A DNA stretch of 41,992 bases from Methanomicrobiales archaeon (GTDB taxonomy: Archaea; Halobacteriota; Syntropharchaeia; Alkanophagales; Methanospirareceae). The DNA lies in assembly GCA_003160755.1 (NCBI GenBank), contig QEXZ01000002.1, forward strand, positions 1-41,992, in the 5' to 3' direction. Each line of letters opens with the position of its first letter. The stretch's first letter is position 1. This document shows, piece by piece, positions 26,165 through 35,556 of this stretch. The position numbers were made by a program, and so were the translations under genes. The notes beneath the pieces are model-generated. The model did no database searches. It saw only the letters and a list, made by a program, of their open reading frames with translations, and was not told the DNA's origin.

Positions 26165-26412
26165 TTTGTGTACACTGTTGTATAGTTTATAATTATAGGT
26201 ATATAAATAAGTTGTGTTTTTTTTCACCCAAATTTCATACTTTTTAAGTTTATGCCCTACGGTTTATACAACAATACTCAAATAGCAACTTCCTCTCGGA
26301 TTCAATGACGTTTTTTTAAAAAAAAATCGAAAGGTTTTTATATCATGAAGCTTACCATATCGTAAAATGAAAGAAGGGATGTTTGAGGATAGAAGGGAGG
26401 TGAAGGGGATAC

Positions 26413-27504
26413 ATGTTTGAGAAGGTCTTTACACCATTGGAAGTTAGAGGCGTAACAATTCCTAACAGGATTGTTTTTCCCGCATTTCAAACGAATTACG
26501 CAACCAGGGATGGATTTGTTACTGAGAGGGTAATGAAATTTTATCGAAACATTGCTAAAGGTGGAGCCGGGCTTACCATTGTTGGGTGTATAGCCGTTTC
26601 TAAGGATGGCGCGGGAGCTACCAATGTCCTACAACTAACCGATGAGCGGCACGTGGATGGCTTAAAGAAGCTCTTTAAAGAGATTAAATCTTATGGCACC
26701 GTTGCAGGAGCTCAACTGATACATTTCGGAAGGCAGACAAGTTCGAGTATAACCGGGCATCCGCTGGTTGCACCTTCGGCAATCCCATGTCCAGTGATGA
26801 AGGAAACGCCCCGAGAGCTGAGTGAAGAAGAGATCTGTCGAATTGAAGATGACTTCACTAATGCTGCTCTGCGTGCCAAAAATGCTGGTGCTGACATGGT
26901 GGAACTCCATGCCGCCTTTGGTTACCTGATAAGTGGGTTTCTATCAGCATACTCTAACAAGAGAACAGACAAATACGGGGGAAACCTGGAGAACAGAACC
27001 AGGTTCTTAAAAGAAATAATTGAAAAAGTGCGTAGCAAGCTTCAGGGCACTCTAATTGGCTGTCGTATAAGCGCCGAAGAATTCGTGGATGGAGGCTTGA
27101 CCCTCGAAGAATCTAAAAAGATTGTGCCGATGCTTGCGGACATGGGCATAGACGTAATCAGCGTTGGGGCAGGTGTATATCAAAGCATGAACAAAATGGC
27201 ACCCACCAAAGAGATGGGAGAAGGACCGTATGTTTATCTCGCTGCGGGAATAAAAGAAGTTGTTGATGTCCCTGTAATCTGCGCTGGAAACATCCTTAAC
27301 CTGAGATTTGCTCAAAAAATCATTGCTGAGGGGAAAGCAGACCTGGTGGCAATGGGCAGAGCCCAGGTAGCCGACCCACAAATCGTTAATAAATCCAAAA
27401 ATGGACTTCTGAACTCAATCGTCGAATGTGATTTGTGCAACAGATGCATGTACTGGGTAACCGGCGAACCCGCTATGTCATGTCCAAAAAATCCAAACCT
27501 TTGA
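26413..27504 (+). CDS. NADH:flavin oxidoreductase / Old Yellow Enzyme family
   Basis: PNRIVFP, AKGGAGL, QLIHFGR, VELHAAFGYLISGFLS, NKRTDKYGG..ENRTRF, CDLCNRC; GGAGGTGA RBS. Confidence 0.92.
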   Translation: MFEKVFTPLEVRGVTIPNRIVFPAFQTNYATRDGFVTERVMKFYRNIAKGGAGLTIVGCIAVSKDGAGATNVLQLTDERHVDGLKKLFKEIKSYGTVAGAQLIHFGRQTSSSITGHPLVAPSAIPCPVMKETPRELSEEEICRIEDDFTNAALRAKNAGADMVELHAAFGYLISGFLSAYSNKRTDKYGGNLENRTRFLKEIIEKVRSKLQGTLIGCRISAEEFVDGGLTLEESKKIVPMLADMGIDVISVGAGVYQSMNKMAPTKEMGEGPYVYLAAGIKEVVDVPVICAGNILNLRFAQKIIAEGKADLVAMGRAQVADPQIVNKSKNGLLNSIVECDLCNRCMYWVTGEPAMSCPKNPNL

Positions 27505-27605
27505 ATATATAAATACTGAAACATTTTCAAGTAGAACTTGTATATAACCCATTAAATTATAGAATGCACGGTGGAAGTTATCCCTGCGAATGTGCGTCAA
27601 TATAT

Positions 27606-28829
27606 CTACTCGATCTGAACGTCGGGGCTTTCTTCAGGATTGCTTTCGGAAATCATTTCCAGGATTTGAGTCGCCACAGGCGGACATCCCGCTACAAAAA
27701 CACCCTGCTTTTTATGTTGTGCAGTGCAGTTACCGATGCAGAGCGTACCGCGTGGGACAGACTGATGTCCCTTCCCGATTGCAATGGTGACATTCTCCTG
27801 TCCTGGGAAGGAGTCGAGCACCTGCTTCCTATGCCGTTTCAAGAGCATCAAAACTGTGGACTGGCAGGCACTGCATGAGTTTTCATCAAGAAGGGTGATA
27901 CCCGGGAACTGTATAGATAAGTTGTCGGGAGGGGGCTCAAAAGGAGAGATAAAATCGTGCCACATATCTGGATTCACCTGTATCCTTGAGATATCAATCA
28001 CGCCGTATCCTCGTTCAGCGCAAATACGCAGGTGTGGCACATCCTCTGCATTCAGCCCCATTAGTGAGCAGGCAACGGCATCCACTGCGAATGGATCAAG
28101 CCCTGCCACAACCAGATCAAGTTTCTTAGCCTGCCCGGCGCTTGGCCCCATCCCTTCCATTCCAGTAGTGCCATCAATGATTGATAGATGAGGACGAAGA
28201 ACTGAGGACATATCAGCAATGGCGATATTAAGAGTTTTGTCGTCCATATCCTCAATTTGAGGTAGCATGTGAAGATCAACCTTTGTGCGGCGCCACAGAC
28301 ATCCTTTCATATTTTTTACCGCCAGCGTGACAACTGTGTGCATGTGCGTTTTCATGACAGGGATTGAAACGACAACGTCGTACTCGACCACTTCAGGGCA
28401 CACCTCAAGCGACTGTATTGCAACGCCGTCTTCGACAAGCACATGAACGGGCTGCCGGGCGTCCATATCAATCAACGGACAGTTGCGCTCACGGGCCACA
28501 GACGCAATACCCGTTGCTTCGAATGCCTCCATTGTTTTGACTCCTGTTATTGGACTCTCACCAACAGCGACACTTGCTTCTGCCTCGAGAAATACGTCAA
28601 TTGCCGCAGCCACAACTTGAGGGTTGGTTGTGATTCCCGATTCGGCAGTAGCAATTCGCCCTGCATTAGGCTTTAAAAGAACACGCTTGCCTTTGACCGC
28701 AGCAGCGAGGTTGATTTGTGAGAGAACCTCTCTCGTGTTATCATATGCACTTCCTCCCGCAGCGACATGGACATGAGGATTAGACCTGTCATCGCTAAAA
28801 GGAGTTGGATGCAGTAAGGTCATATTCAT
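27606..28829 (-). CDS. DUF362 family Fe-S protein
   Basis: VLLKPN, TTNP, PVMKTH, TLAVKNMKG, IIDG..GMEGMGP, AVDAVA; C-terminal CSAC..CIGNC..GCPP. Confidence 0.85.
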   Translation of the reverse strand: MNMTLLHPTPFSDDRSNPHVHVAAGGSAYDNTREVLSQINLAAAVKGKRVLLKPNAGRIATAESGITTNPQVVAAAIDVFLEAEASVAVGESPITGVKTMEAFEATGIASVARERNCPLIDMDARQPVHVLVEDGVAIQSLEVCPEVVEYDVVVSIPVMKTHMHTVVTLAVKNMKGCLWRRTKVDLHMLPQIEDMDDKTLNIAIADMSSVLRPHLSIIDGTTGMEGMGPSAGQAKKLDLVVAGLDPFAVDAVACSLMGLNAEDVPHLRICAERGYGVIDISRIQVNPDMWHDFISPFEPPPDNLSIQFPGITLLDENSCSACQSTVLMLLKRHRKQVLDSFPGQENVTIAIGKGHQSVPRGTLCIGNCTAQHKKQGVFVAGCPPVATQILEMISESNPEESPDVQIE

Positions 28830-28833
28830 CTGA

Positions 28834-29442
28834 TCAGCACCCCCCGTCGTCTTCAGCGTCTGCCAGCATTTCAAATACCTGACGAGCTATGGCGTACGAA
28901 CCAAGCATCCGTATGGTGTTCTCTTTTCCGATCTCAGACAGCGCTCCCATGATATGGTGTTTCTCTTGATAATATCGTGCTTGCTTTCCCGGAAGCGCGT
29001 AATACGGTGTTAGTAATTTATCTTCTACATCCGAAGTAATTCCTTCGTTTTCCTTAAGACGGTTCCATAGTTCTTTTGGAGTGGGCAATCTGGCAAGTTT
29101 CCTTTCCAGTCCTGTGATATAGTCATGTTCAATTATTCCATGTCCATTCGTTGAGTAAGCAAACTTAAGTCCGAGGATCTCAGCATATTCTTTTGCCTGC
29201 TGTAGTCCATCTCCGGGATCTTTGTATGCAGCTTTAGCCTCAATAACCGCGATTGGGACGTTTCTAGATATTCTGAGGATATAATCGGCTCTTTTAGTTT
29301 TTCTCCTTTGTACTTTATCCCCTAGTACAACAATCTTACCGTCAGTAAAGGTCTTTTGTTCGCTAATTTGGTCATCTGACCACTCTGCTTCATATAATTT
29401 TGGTAGCACGTACCTACGACAAGTATCGGCTTCTGTTATCAT
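28834..29442 (-). pseudogene. hsdR: Type I restriction enzyme R subunit N-terminal fragment fused to an unrelated C-terminal tail
   Basis: TEADTCRRYVLPKL, RADYIL, AVIEAK, GLQQAKEYA, YSTNG; breaks at RYYQE (start of the helicase region), then LSEIG...RMLGSY. Confidence 0.8.
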
Positions 29443-29652
29443 TTATAAGCCTCTATTGCTTATGCATAAGACATAAAGCTTGCGGGAATATATATAACTT
29501 CGCACTATTTCAATTATTTCTTCGTGCAATTGACCGAATTATTTTACCTCCGACACTGAATTATTTTAAAGTTTCAATTTCGTGCTTTATTTGCACATTT
29601 AGCTTAACGTTCTCTGTAATTCCGTGTAATCTCGTGGTTATAAAAACGAACT

Positions 29653-29764
29653 ACTCAAACCCACTCCCTGCCTTCCACTCTCCAAAAACGTTTCCGCTAC
29701 CCCACGCCCAAGTTCTCTTCCCATTTTCTCGTGCCTTACGTACCGTACCACTTCGTGTAATTCT
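29653..29764 (-). pseudogene. Internally deleted partial copy of sppA
   Basis: Matches sppA 30543-30608 joined directly to 31116-31158. Confidence 0.8.
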
Positions 29765-29804
29765 CGAGATTTATCCCAGAAATAAAAAAAATAGAATTCT
29801 CATA

Positions 29805-30251
29805 CTAACTCCCTGTCATCTTTATCTTTTCTTTTACCTTTTCAAACTCTTCAAGCAAATAATAAGCTTCAACTCCGAACTTTCTTGCACTTTCAACCTG
29901 GATTTTATCATTTGAGACCAAATGGGCACTCCCGATTTTAGTGGCAGCTATATAAAATGTATCAATTGCCCTTGAGCCGGTCTCAAAGGCTATCGAAAAA
30001 GAGAGTCTCTCTACTTCTTTTGTTTTGATGAATTCAAGCTTCTCGACAATGGATTCATACAATATAGTAGCCTCATCCTTTTCCATCCTTCTAACAAGCT
30101 GCCCAATCAGCTCTATTTTAAATATTTCTGGTTCCACAATTAGAACGTCTTTCTCCTCTATAAGTCTAAATAAGATTCTGGCTTTCTCATGCCTTTTTTG
30201 GTCATATTTGAAGAGCTCATCAAGAAAAACAGAAGTGTCAACAACAATCAC
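29805..30251 (-). CDS. vapC: PIN-domain toxin VapC
   Basis: [20 protein letters not shown]. Confidence 0.88.
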   Translation of the reverse strand: MIVVDTSVFLDELFKYDQKRHEKARILFRLIEEKDVLIVEPEIFKIELIGQLVRRMEKDEATILYESIVEKLEFIKTKEVERLSFSIAFETGSRAIDTFYIAATKIGSAHLVSNDKIQVESARKFGVEAYYLLEEFEKVKEKIKMTGS

Positions 30252-30430
30252 CTTCTCTCCTCCAAGAACTCTTTTAGAACATCTTTGTCCACTTTTCTGC
30301 TGAATTTCTCGAGTATATCTGCTATTCCTTTAGTTTTCACTACTACAATCGCTTTAGAGCCTTCTTTAAGACTAACCACCTTTAGGGGTTTAAAAACACC
30401 TTTCTCATACACCACCTCTACCTCCTCCAT
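30248..30430 (-). CDS. Antitoxin, DUF104/AF2212 family
   Basis: [21 protein letters not shown]; 4-bp overlap with vapC. Confidence 0.88.
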   Translation of the reverse strand: MEEVEVVYEKGVFKPLKVVSLKEGSKAIVVVKTKGIADILEKFSRKVDKDVLKEFLEERR

Positions 30431-30536
30431 GTTCGCTCACCTGATAATATCTTAATAGTTTTAATTAAATATAAATATCGGCGTGTTGACAAATCTCGTA
30501 TCGATCGCTTTTATTTCCGCTATCTCTGGCTCCATG

Positions 30537-31487
30537 TTAGCCACTCAAGCCCACCCCCTGCCTTCCATTCTCCAAAAACGTTTCCGCTATTCCACGCCCA
30601 AGTTCCCTCGCAAATACGCCGAAGAACGACTCAAAAGCTGATTTTCTTCCATATTCAACCACGCTTGGCTTACCTTCGATTCCTGCCAGTTCCGCTGCGA
30701 GGTCAACAGCATCCTGAAAAGTACCCAGCTCATCTACCAACCCCATCTCCTTTGCCTGCCTGCCGGTGAGGATTCTGCCATCAGCAAGCTCCAAGACCTC
30801 GCTCTCGTTCATCTGCCTTCCTTCCGCTACTGCTTGAACAAACTGAATATAAATGTCATCAATCATTTCCTGAAGTATTTGCCGCTCTTCCGCGGTCATA
30901 TTTCTAAGCGGCGACCCGATGTCTTTATATTTACCGCTCTTAATGACATTAGCCCGTATCCCATACCGCTCAAGCAGTTCAGAGTACTGCAACTGGGAAA
31001 AGATAACACCAATGCTCCCTGTTATTGTTCCGGGATTCGCAACTATTTTGTCTGCTGCACAGGCAACGTAATACCCGCCAGAAGTGGCTACATCGCTCAT
31101 CGAAGCCACTACTATCTTACCATTCTCTCGTGCCTTACATACCTCCGCGTGTAATTCTTGCGATGCCGCAGCACTTCCACCAGGGCTATTTATCCTGAGT
31201 ATAATCGCCCCTACAGAGGGGTCTTCGCCTGCACGCTTTATCTGCCTTGCAATATCGTCTGCACCTGATGCTAATCCAAATATCCCAAAGCCACCGCTAC
31301 CACCCACGATTGCACCTTCAATATTGATTATTGCTATTTTATCGCCGCCTACACCTATGCCACCACTATCAAACGGACCTTTCGCTATGATGGCAATTCC
31401 GAACACCACGGAAATCAAACAAAAACCTAATAGGAGTAAGGCAATGACCTTTCTTTTGTTTTCCATTACCGCTTTAATGCTCTCCAT
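30537..31487 (-). CDS. sppA: Signal peptide peptidase SppA (36K type)
   Basis: LRINSPGG, ATSGGYYVA, TGSIGV, KSGKYKD, GLVDELG. Confidence 0.95.
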   Translation of the reverse strand: MESIKAVMENKRKVIALLLLGFCLISVVFGIAIIAKGPFDSGGIGVGGDKIAIINIEGAIVGGSGGFGIFGLASGADDIARQIKRAGEDPSVGAIILRINSPGGSAAASQELHAEVCKARENGKIVVASMSDVATSGGYYVACAADKIVANPGTITGSIGVIFSQLQYSELLERYGIRANVIKSGKYKDIGSPLRNMTAEERQILQEMIDDIYIQFVQAVAEGRQMNESEVLELADGRILTGRQAKEMGLVDELGTFQDAVDLAAELAGIEGKPSVVEYGRKSAFESFFGVFARELGRGIAETFLENGRQGVGLSG

Positions 31488-31500
31488 TTAAATCCCCCAT

Positions 31501-32106
31501 TTATAGCATTGAAATCAAAAAAATACCCACGATTATAAGTATAAATGCCAGCACTATAAGAACCACAAATGGTAGAACGAGAGTTGCAATTGCCCTACCC
31601 GTGGAGAATTTATGTGCCTCCCTAATTGCGAGAACGTCCAGTATTAAAACCCAGATCGCCAAAATGCCTCCCAAACCGATAGCTATGAATGCCCCGGTTA
31701 AACCACCAGAAAGAATGGCGATTAAACCAATTGGAGCTTGGAATATGTTTGGAAGCGTAGCAAAACCCAGTAGAACCAGCATTTCTGTGAAAGCACCCTT
31801 TCCTCCCAGAATCTTTGCTACTACGTGAAGTATGCCTGCGATAACGACCCAGAGAATAAATCCAAAAACTACGCTTATGGTCATGGATGCACTCGGCGAA
31901 AACATCATCTCTTCAAAACCCGGAAACTCTGCAAACATGGACATGAACACGCTTTGCGTTAATATGCTCCCTGCTCCGCTGCAAATGCATGCAATTAGAA
32001 CTACGATAGCTGCGATAGTCACCGATGTTCTCTCTTCCAACATTCGCCTGAACGTAGAAGCCGGGCTGAACAAAGTCCCAAAAATATTTTCTAACAAATC
32101 AGTCAT
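31501..32106 (-). CDS. Yip1 family membrane protein
   Basis: LFSPASTF, AKILGGKG.F, GFATLP, AIREAHKFSTGRA. Confidence 0.85.
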   Translation of the reverse strand: MTDLLENIFGTLFSPASTFRRMLEERTSVTIAAIVVLIACICSGAGSILTQSVFMSMFAEFPGFEEMMFSPSASMTISVVFGFILWVVIAGILHVVAKILGGKGAFTEMLVLLGFATLPNIFQAPIGLIAILSGGLTGAFIAIGLGGILAIWVLILDVLAIREAHKFSTGRAIATLVLPFVVLIVLAFILIIVGIFLISML

Positions 32107-32299
32107 TTATTTCATCTCCTTGTTTTTTAGCATATTCATCTTTTAGCGCCTTAACCATCTCCTCATTTGCCTCAATTATAAACGAACCGATATAACCGCA
32201 GTTCTTACAATGGTACACGAAACCAATCTTTCCTCCAACTTCGTAATATAGCTTTGCGCTACCACAAATAGGACAAACTTTTGTCGTCTTTTCTTTCAT
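32099..32299 (-). CDS. Small Zn-ribbon protein
   Basis: CPICGS...YHCKNCGYIG; overlaps both neighbouring genes. Confidence 0.8.
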   Translation of the reverse strand: MKEKTTKVCPICGSAKLYYEVGGKIGFVYHCKNCGYIGSFIIEANEEMVKALKDEYAKKQGDEIND

Positions 32300-32856
32300 T
32301 TCTTCGCCATATCGCACAAGTATTTAACCATGCAGGCGTGTTCAATCGAGCTGAGAATAACAAAAGCTTCGTCTACCGTGGCACCACGTGCAAACGTGCC
32401 GTGACCCTGAACGACAAGCCCCTTATGGTCACGAAGCGCCTGAGCTGCATTTCTCGCTAATTCTTCCGAGCCGATACCACCTGTCACCACCGGTATTTCA
32501 TGCAGAAAATAGATGCTTTCTGAATCTTCAGGCACTATCTGCATCTGCTCGCCGGGTTTGCAAAGCATAGACATCACCACTGCGTACTTTGAATGCCCGT
32601 GTAAAACGGCAAGAGCAGAAGTCGCCTTGTAAATCGCTCGATGGACGTTTACTTCTGACGATGCAATCACATCAAGCTCATCCGGCGATGTAGGGTCTAT
32701 TGGAACCGTGACAATCTGTCCTTCAAGTTCGTCAAGCATACTTCCTGTGGTGCTGATAAGCATCTGATCTCCAACTCGCTTGCTGACATTCCCGAAATGC
32801 GAATGTGCAAGCCCTGCATCAACTATCTTCCGCCCGTATTTTATTAGTTCTTGCAT
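32296..32856 (-). CDS. Class II aldolase/adducin family protein
   Basis: GNVSKR, ASSEVNVHRAIY, LHGHS, HGTFA. Confidence 0.9.
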   Translation of the reverse strand: MQELIKYGRKIVDAGLAHSHFGNVSKRVGDQMLISTTGSMLDELEGQIVTVPIDPTSPDELDVIASSEVNVHRAIYKATSALAVLHGHSKYAVVMSMLCKPGEQMQIVPEDSESIYFLHEIPVVTGGIGSEELARNAAQALRDHKGLVVQGHGTFARGATVDEAFVILSSIEHACMVKYLCDMAKK

Positions 32857-32905
32857 TTCGTTATGTAAATATTATATATAGTACGATAAAGTATCGAAAA
32901 ACATT

Positions 32906-34318
32906 TTAATGTATCGTTGTTTTCATCAGCCCGCTTATGTAAATCCTTGCCCATGAGAATGCCACTGCGGTACCAATAGTATTTGCTACAACTAATCCCC
33001 ACCAGACCCCTACTAATTCCAATTCGAGATTGAAAGCGAATACGGCTGCGAGCAATGGTGTCAAAACGAGCGTTCGTAAAACGGTGACAAGCAGTGCTGG
33101 TATCCCTCTTCCCGCTCCTTGAAAAAGCGAAGAAGAGAGCATGCCAAATGATATTGTTGGGTAGAATAGACAGATTATCCGGAGAAAAAGTGTCAGACCA
33201 AGAGCTATATGTGCTGCACCTTCGGCTTGTGTAAACACCGCGGCTATCTGAGGTGCGAAAATGAAGGTTGCCACTGCTATGGCAGTCTCTATCATGAGAC
33301 CAATCTTTATAGCATAGATGTGCGCAATACTTACCTTTCTAAAGGAGCGTGCGCCAAAAGCAGCCCCAGTTACCGAGACAACGGCAGTAGCGATACCCAT
33401 CGTCGGCATGACCGCTATACTTGCCACCCGCCACCCCGCAGAATAAATTGCTACGCCATCTGTGCCACCCACCATTACTATTATGACGTTCATCACAAGC
33501 ATGGTGAATGACATGGAAAGCATCATCACTGAAGATGGCAGACCAACTCTGAAGATGTCCATAACAATGTCCTTATTGCATTTGAAATCGCTGAATGAGA
33601 ACGATACGTAGGTATCTTTTTTGAACAGAAGCCAGTTTAGCATGATAATGGATGAGACGCCCAACGATATGAGCGTAGCCCAAGCAGCGCCTGCAATACC
33701 CAGACCAAAGGTGTAGATAAAAACCGGGTCCAATACGATATTCAGACCTGCACCCAGTGCCATAGCATACATGGCTCGCCTGGCATCTCCTTCACCCCGC
33801 AGTATTGCATTCGCGATGTTAGTGAAAAATATAAGAATACTGCCGGCAAAGATAACCTGGCCATAAGCTACAGCCATACCTACGGTCTTACCCGCGCCTA
33901 TCGAAGCAAATATCTCGTGAGCAAAAGCGAAAAGCGGTATGGTAAAAACAGCCGTTGTTAACAGCATTATCATGATTGCATGAACCGCTACGTTGTCTGC
34001 GCCACTCTTATCGCGAGCACCGAGCCTGCGGGATATAGCCGACCCTGCACCTACGCCCAATCCGTTGGACAGTGCCATAGCCAGGAAGAAAAAGGGGAAG
34101 ACGAAACCAATCGCAGCGAGTGCGTCAGCACCAAGACCCGAAACCCAAATTGCATCTGCAAGATTATAGATTGCTTGCACGGACATAGCCGCGATCATTG
34201 GTAATGATAGTTTGATAATGGCTTTTTTAGGGTCGCCAAGTAATGTCTCCACGCCCTTCGTTTCCTTCTTCTGCGATAATGCATCAGAAGTGCCCTTTTT
34301 TGATAATTTGTTATTCAC
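32906..34318 (-). CDS. MATE family efflux transporter
   Basis: YNLADAIWVSGLG, RGEGD, NIVLDPVFI, GIAGAAWAT; ~12 TM. Confidence 0.92.
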   Translation of the reverse strand: MNNKLSKKGTSDALSQKKETKGVETLLGDPKKAIIKLSLPMIAAMSVQAIYNLADAIWVSGLGADALAAIGFVFPFFFLAMALSNGLGVGAGSAISRRLGARDKSGADNVAVHAIMIMLLTTAVFTIPLFAFAHEIFASIGAGKTVGMAVAYGQVIFAGSILIFFTNIANAILRGEGDARRAMYAMALGAGLNIVLDPVFIYTFGLGIAGAAWATLISLGVSSIIMLNWLLFKKDTYVSFSFSDFKCNKDIVMDIFRVGLPSSVMMLSMSFTMLVMNVIIVMVGGTDGVAIYSAGWRVASIAVMPTMGIATAVVSVTGAAFGARSFRKVSIAHIYAIKIGLMIETAIAVATFIFAPQIAAVFTQAEGAAHIALGLTLFLRIICLFYPTISFGMLSSSLFQGAGRGIPALLVTVLRTLVLTPLLAAVFAFNLELELVGVWWGLVVANTIGTAVAFSWARIYISGLMKTTIH

Positions 34319-34359
34319 GTGAGTATCCCCTTGTATTTATAGTCATTCCGAAAAGTATT

Positions 34360-34544
34360 AACCACCAGATTACACATCGTGGGCTCTGCCCACGTCCCGC
34401 AAACCCTGAAAGGGTTTATTTCACGAGATTATTTATTAATTTACCAAAGAAAACTTTTTTTGTTTTTTCTTTTAGCACAGGTTTTCTTTTTTTTTAAAAA
34501 AAAAAGAAAAAGTGTTGTGTTAATCGTGTGGAATCTTGTGGTTC
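34360..34544. repeat. Composite repeat: family-D arms enclosing a family-B copy (34378-34420) and a family-C copy (34441-34516)
   Basis: aaccaccagattacaca...taatcgtgtggaatcttgtggtt (related to 21407-21436 and 29611-29639). B copy: GTGGG-ctctg-CCCAC gtcccgc AAACCC-tgaaa-GGGTTT. Confidence 0.7.
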
Positions 34545-34588
34545 ATTATTTGCAATTTATTACTGGAATGACTATAACAAAAACAAAA

Positions 34589-34716
34589 TAAATTATAGAC
34601 ACAGATTAACACAGATGAAAAGAGCAACGCCGTTAGCCCAGCTCAACAAATAAAAGAAAAAATCCGTGTAAATCCGTGTCTTAAACAGAAGGAAGTTATA
34701 CTTTATATACAACAAG
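34589..34716. repeat. Family A repeat copy (reverse orientation)
   Basis: aaattatagacacagattaacacagatg...aatccgtgtaaatccgtgtcttaaacagaaggaagttatactttatatacaacaag. Confidence 0.85.
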
Positions 34717-34858
34717 CAATGAAACCGCGGCAATAGCCCCTAAAAGCACGGTCATAGTCTCAGTATGGTCGCTTCGCTAATACGAGTTTAAATGTTAAAA
34801 ATATGCTGGGAACATTATATAAAAATCAAGAGCATAGGTTGTAATAAAGGAGAAGAAT

Positions 34859-35161
34859 ATGGAACTGATCAAAGAAATGGAAAGGTATTTGCCTATTTCC
34901 GTTTATCCGTCTAAAGAACTTGCTCAACTCTTTCGTAAACAAGGGAAAGATATTAGCATGGATACGGAATTAAAGATAACCAAAGTGTTTGACTCCGGAG
35001 ATATGGGTGGTATAGTTTGCACTATACTTGAAGAGAACAAAGAAGCAGTTATTGTTTCATTAGCCCATCTCCGTGTACAGCCCACTCATCCTTTAAGTGA
35101 TAAAATATTGGCTTACCAAAGACGAAGAATGAAAAGTATCTCAAGGTCAAGAAGACGTTGA
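34859..35161 (+). CDS. Conserved-looking hypothetical protein
   Basis: AAGGAG RBS; VFDSGDMGGIVC and SLAHLRV..HPL motifs. Confidence 0.7.
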   Translation: MELIKEMERYLPISVYPSKELAQLFRKQGKDISMDTELKITKVFDSGDMGGIVCTILEENKEAVIVSLAHLRVQPTHPLSDKILAYQRRRMKSISRSRRR

Positions 35162-35502
35162 ATGTAATGAGCATTAATTGATAGTCCACTGTTGATTATG
35201 TTATCAAACATATCGAAAACAAACAGTACAGTACCCTTTACAAAAGAACCCTTCTCCACACTTCTTTTTACCTTCAATAAGGTAGTTTTTTTAATAAGGT
35301 GTTTTTGTATCCCTTCATTCATAACTCTTATCACACCCCTTCCCCTTTCATTTTCATCGCTTTTTTCGGACATGAAGTAGGGAAGGATAAAACGATAAAT
35401 CAACGGTGACAGCATGGATAAAAAGAAGGTGTTAATATTGGGGTTTGCTTTGGTGCTTCTGTTCTTTTTGTTGAGATTTTGAATTGTGAGGTAGCCTCTT
35501 AA

Positions 35503-35529
35503 GAGACTGTCCCATAATGGGACAGCCTC
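35503..35529. repeat. 27-bp palindrome GAGACTGTCCCA-taa-TGGGACAGCCTC (terminator or IS-end footprint)
   Basis: 11 of 12 arm bases pair; lies downstream of the SPFH gene. Confidence 0.55.
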
Positions 35530-35556
35530 CAAACCACAATTATCCGGCGTAAAAAA

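Noticed and set aside
29400..29915. 171-aa plus-strand ORF
   Set aside because: It spans repeat D and the antisense sppA remnant; its composition is not protein-like.
35113..35532. ORFs 35113..35532 (-) and 35192..35380 (+)
   Set aside because: No recognisable motifs, weak starts, overlap with a palindrome; possibly decayed gene remnants.
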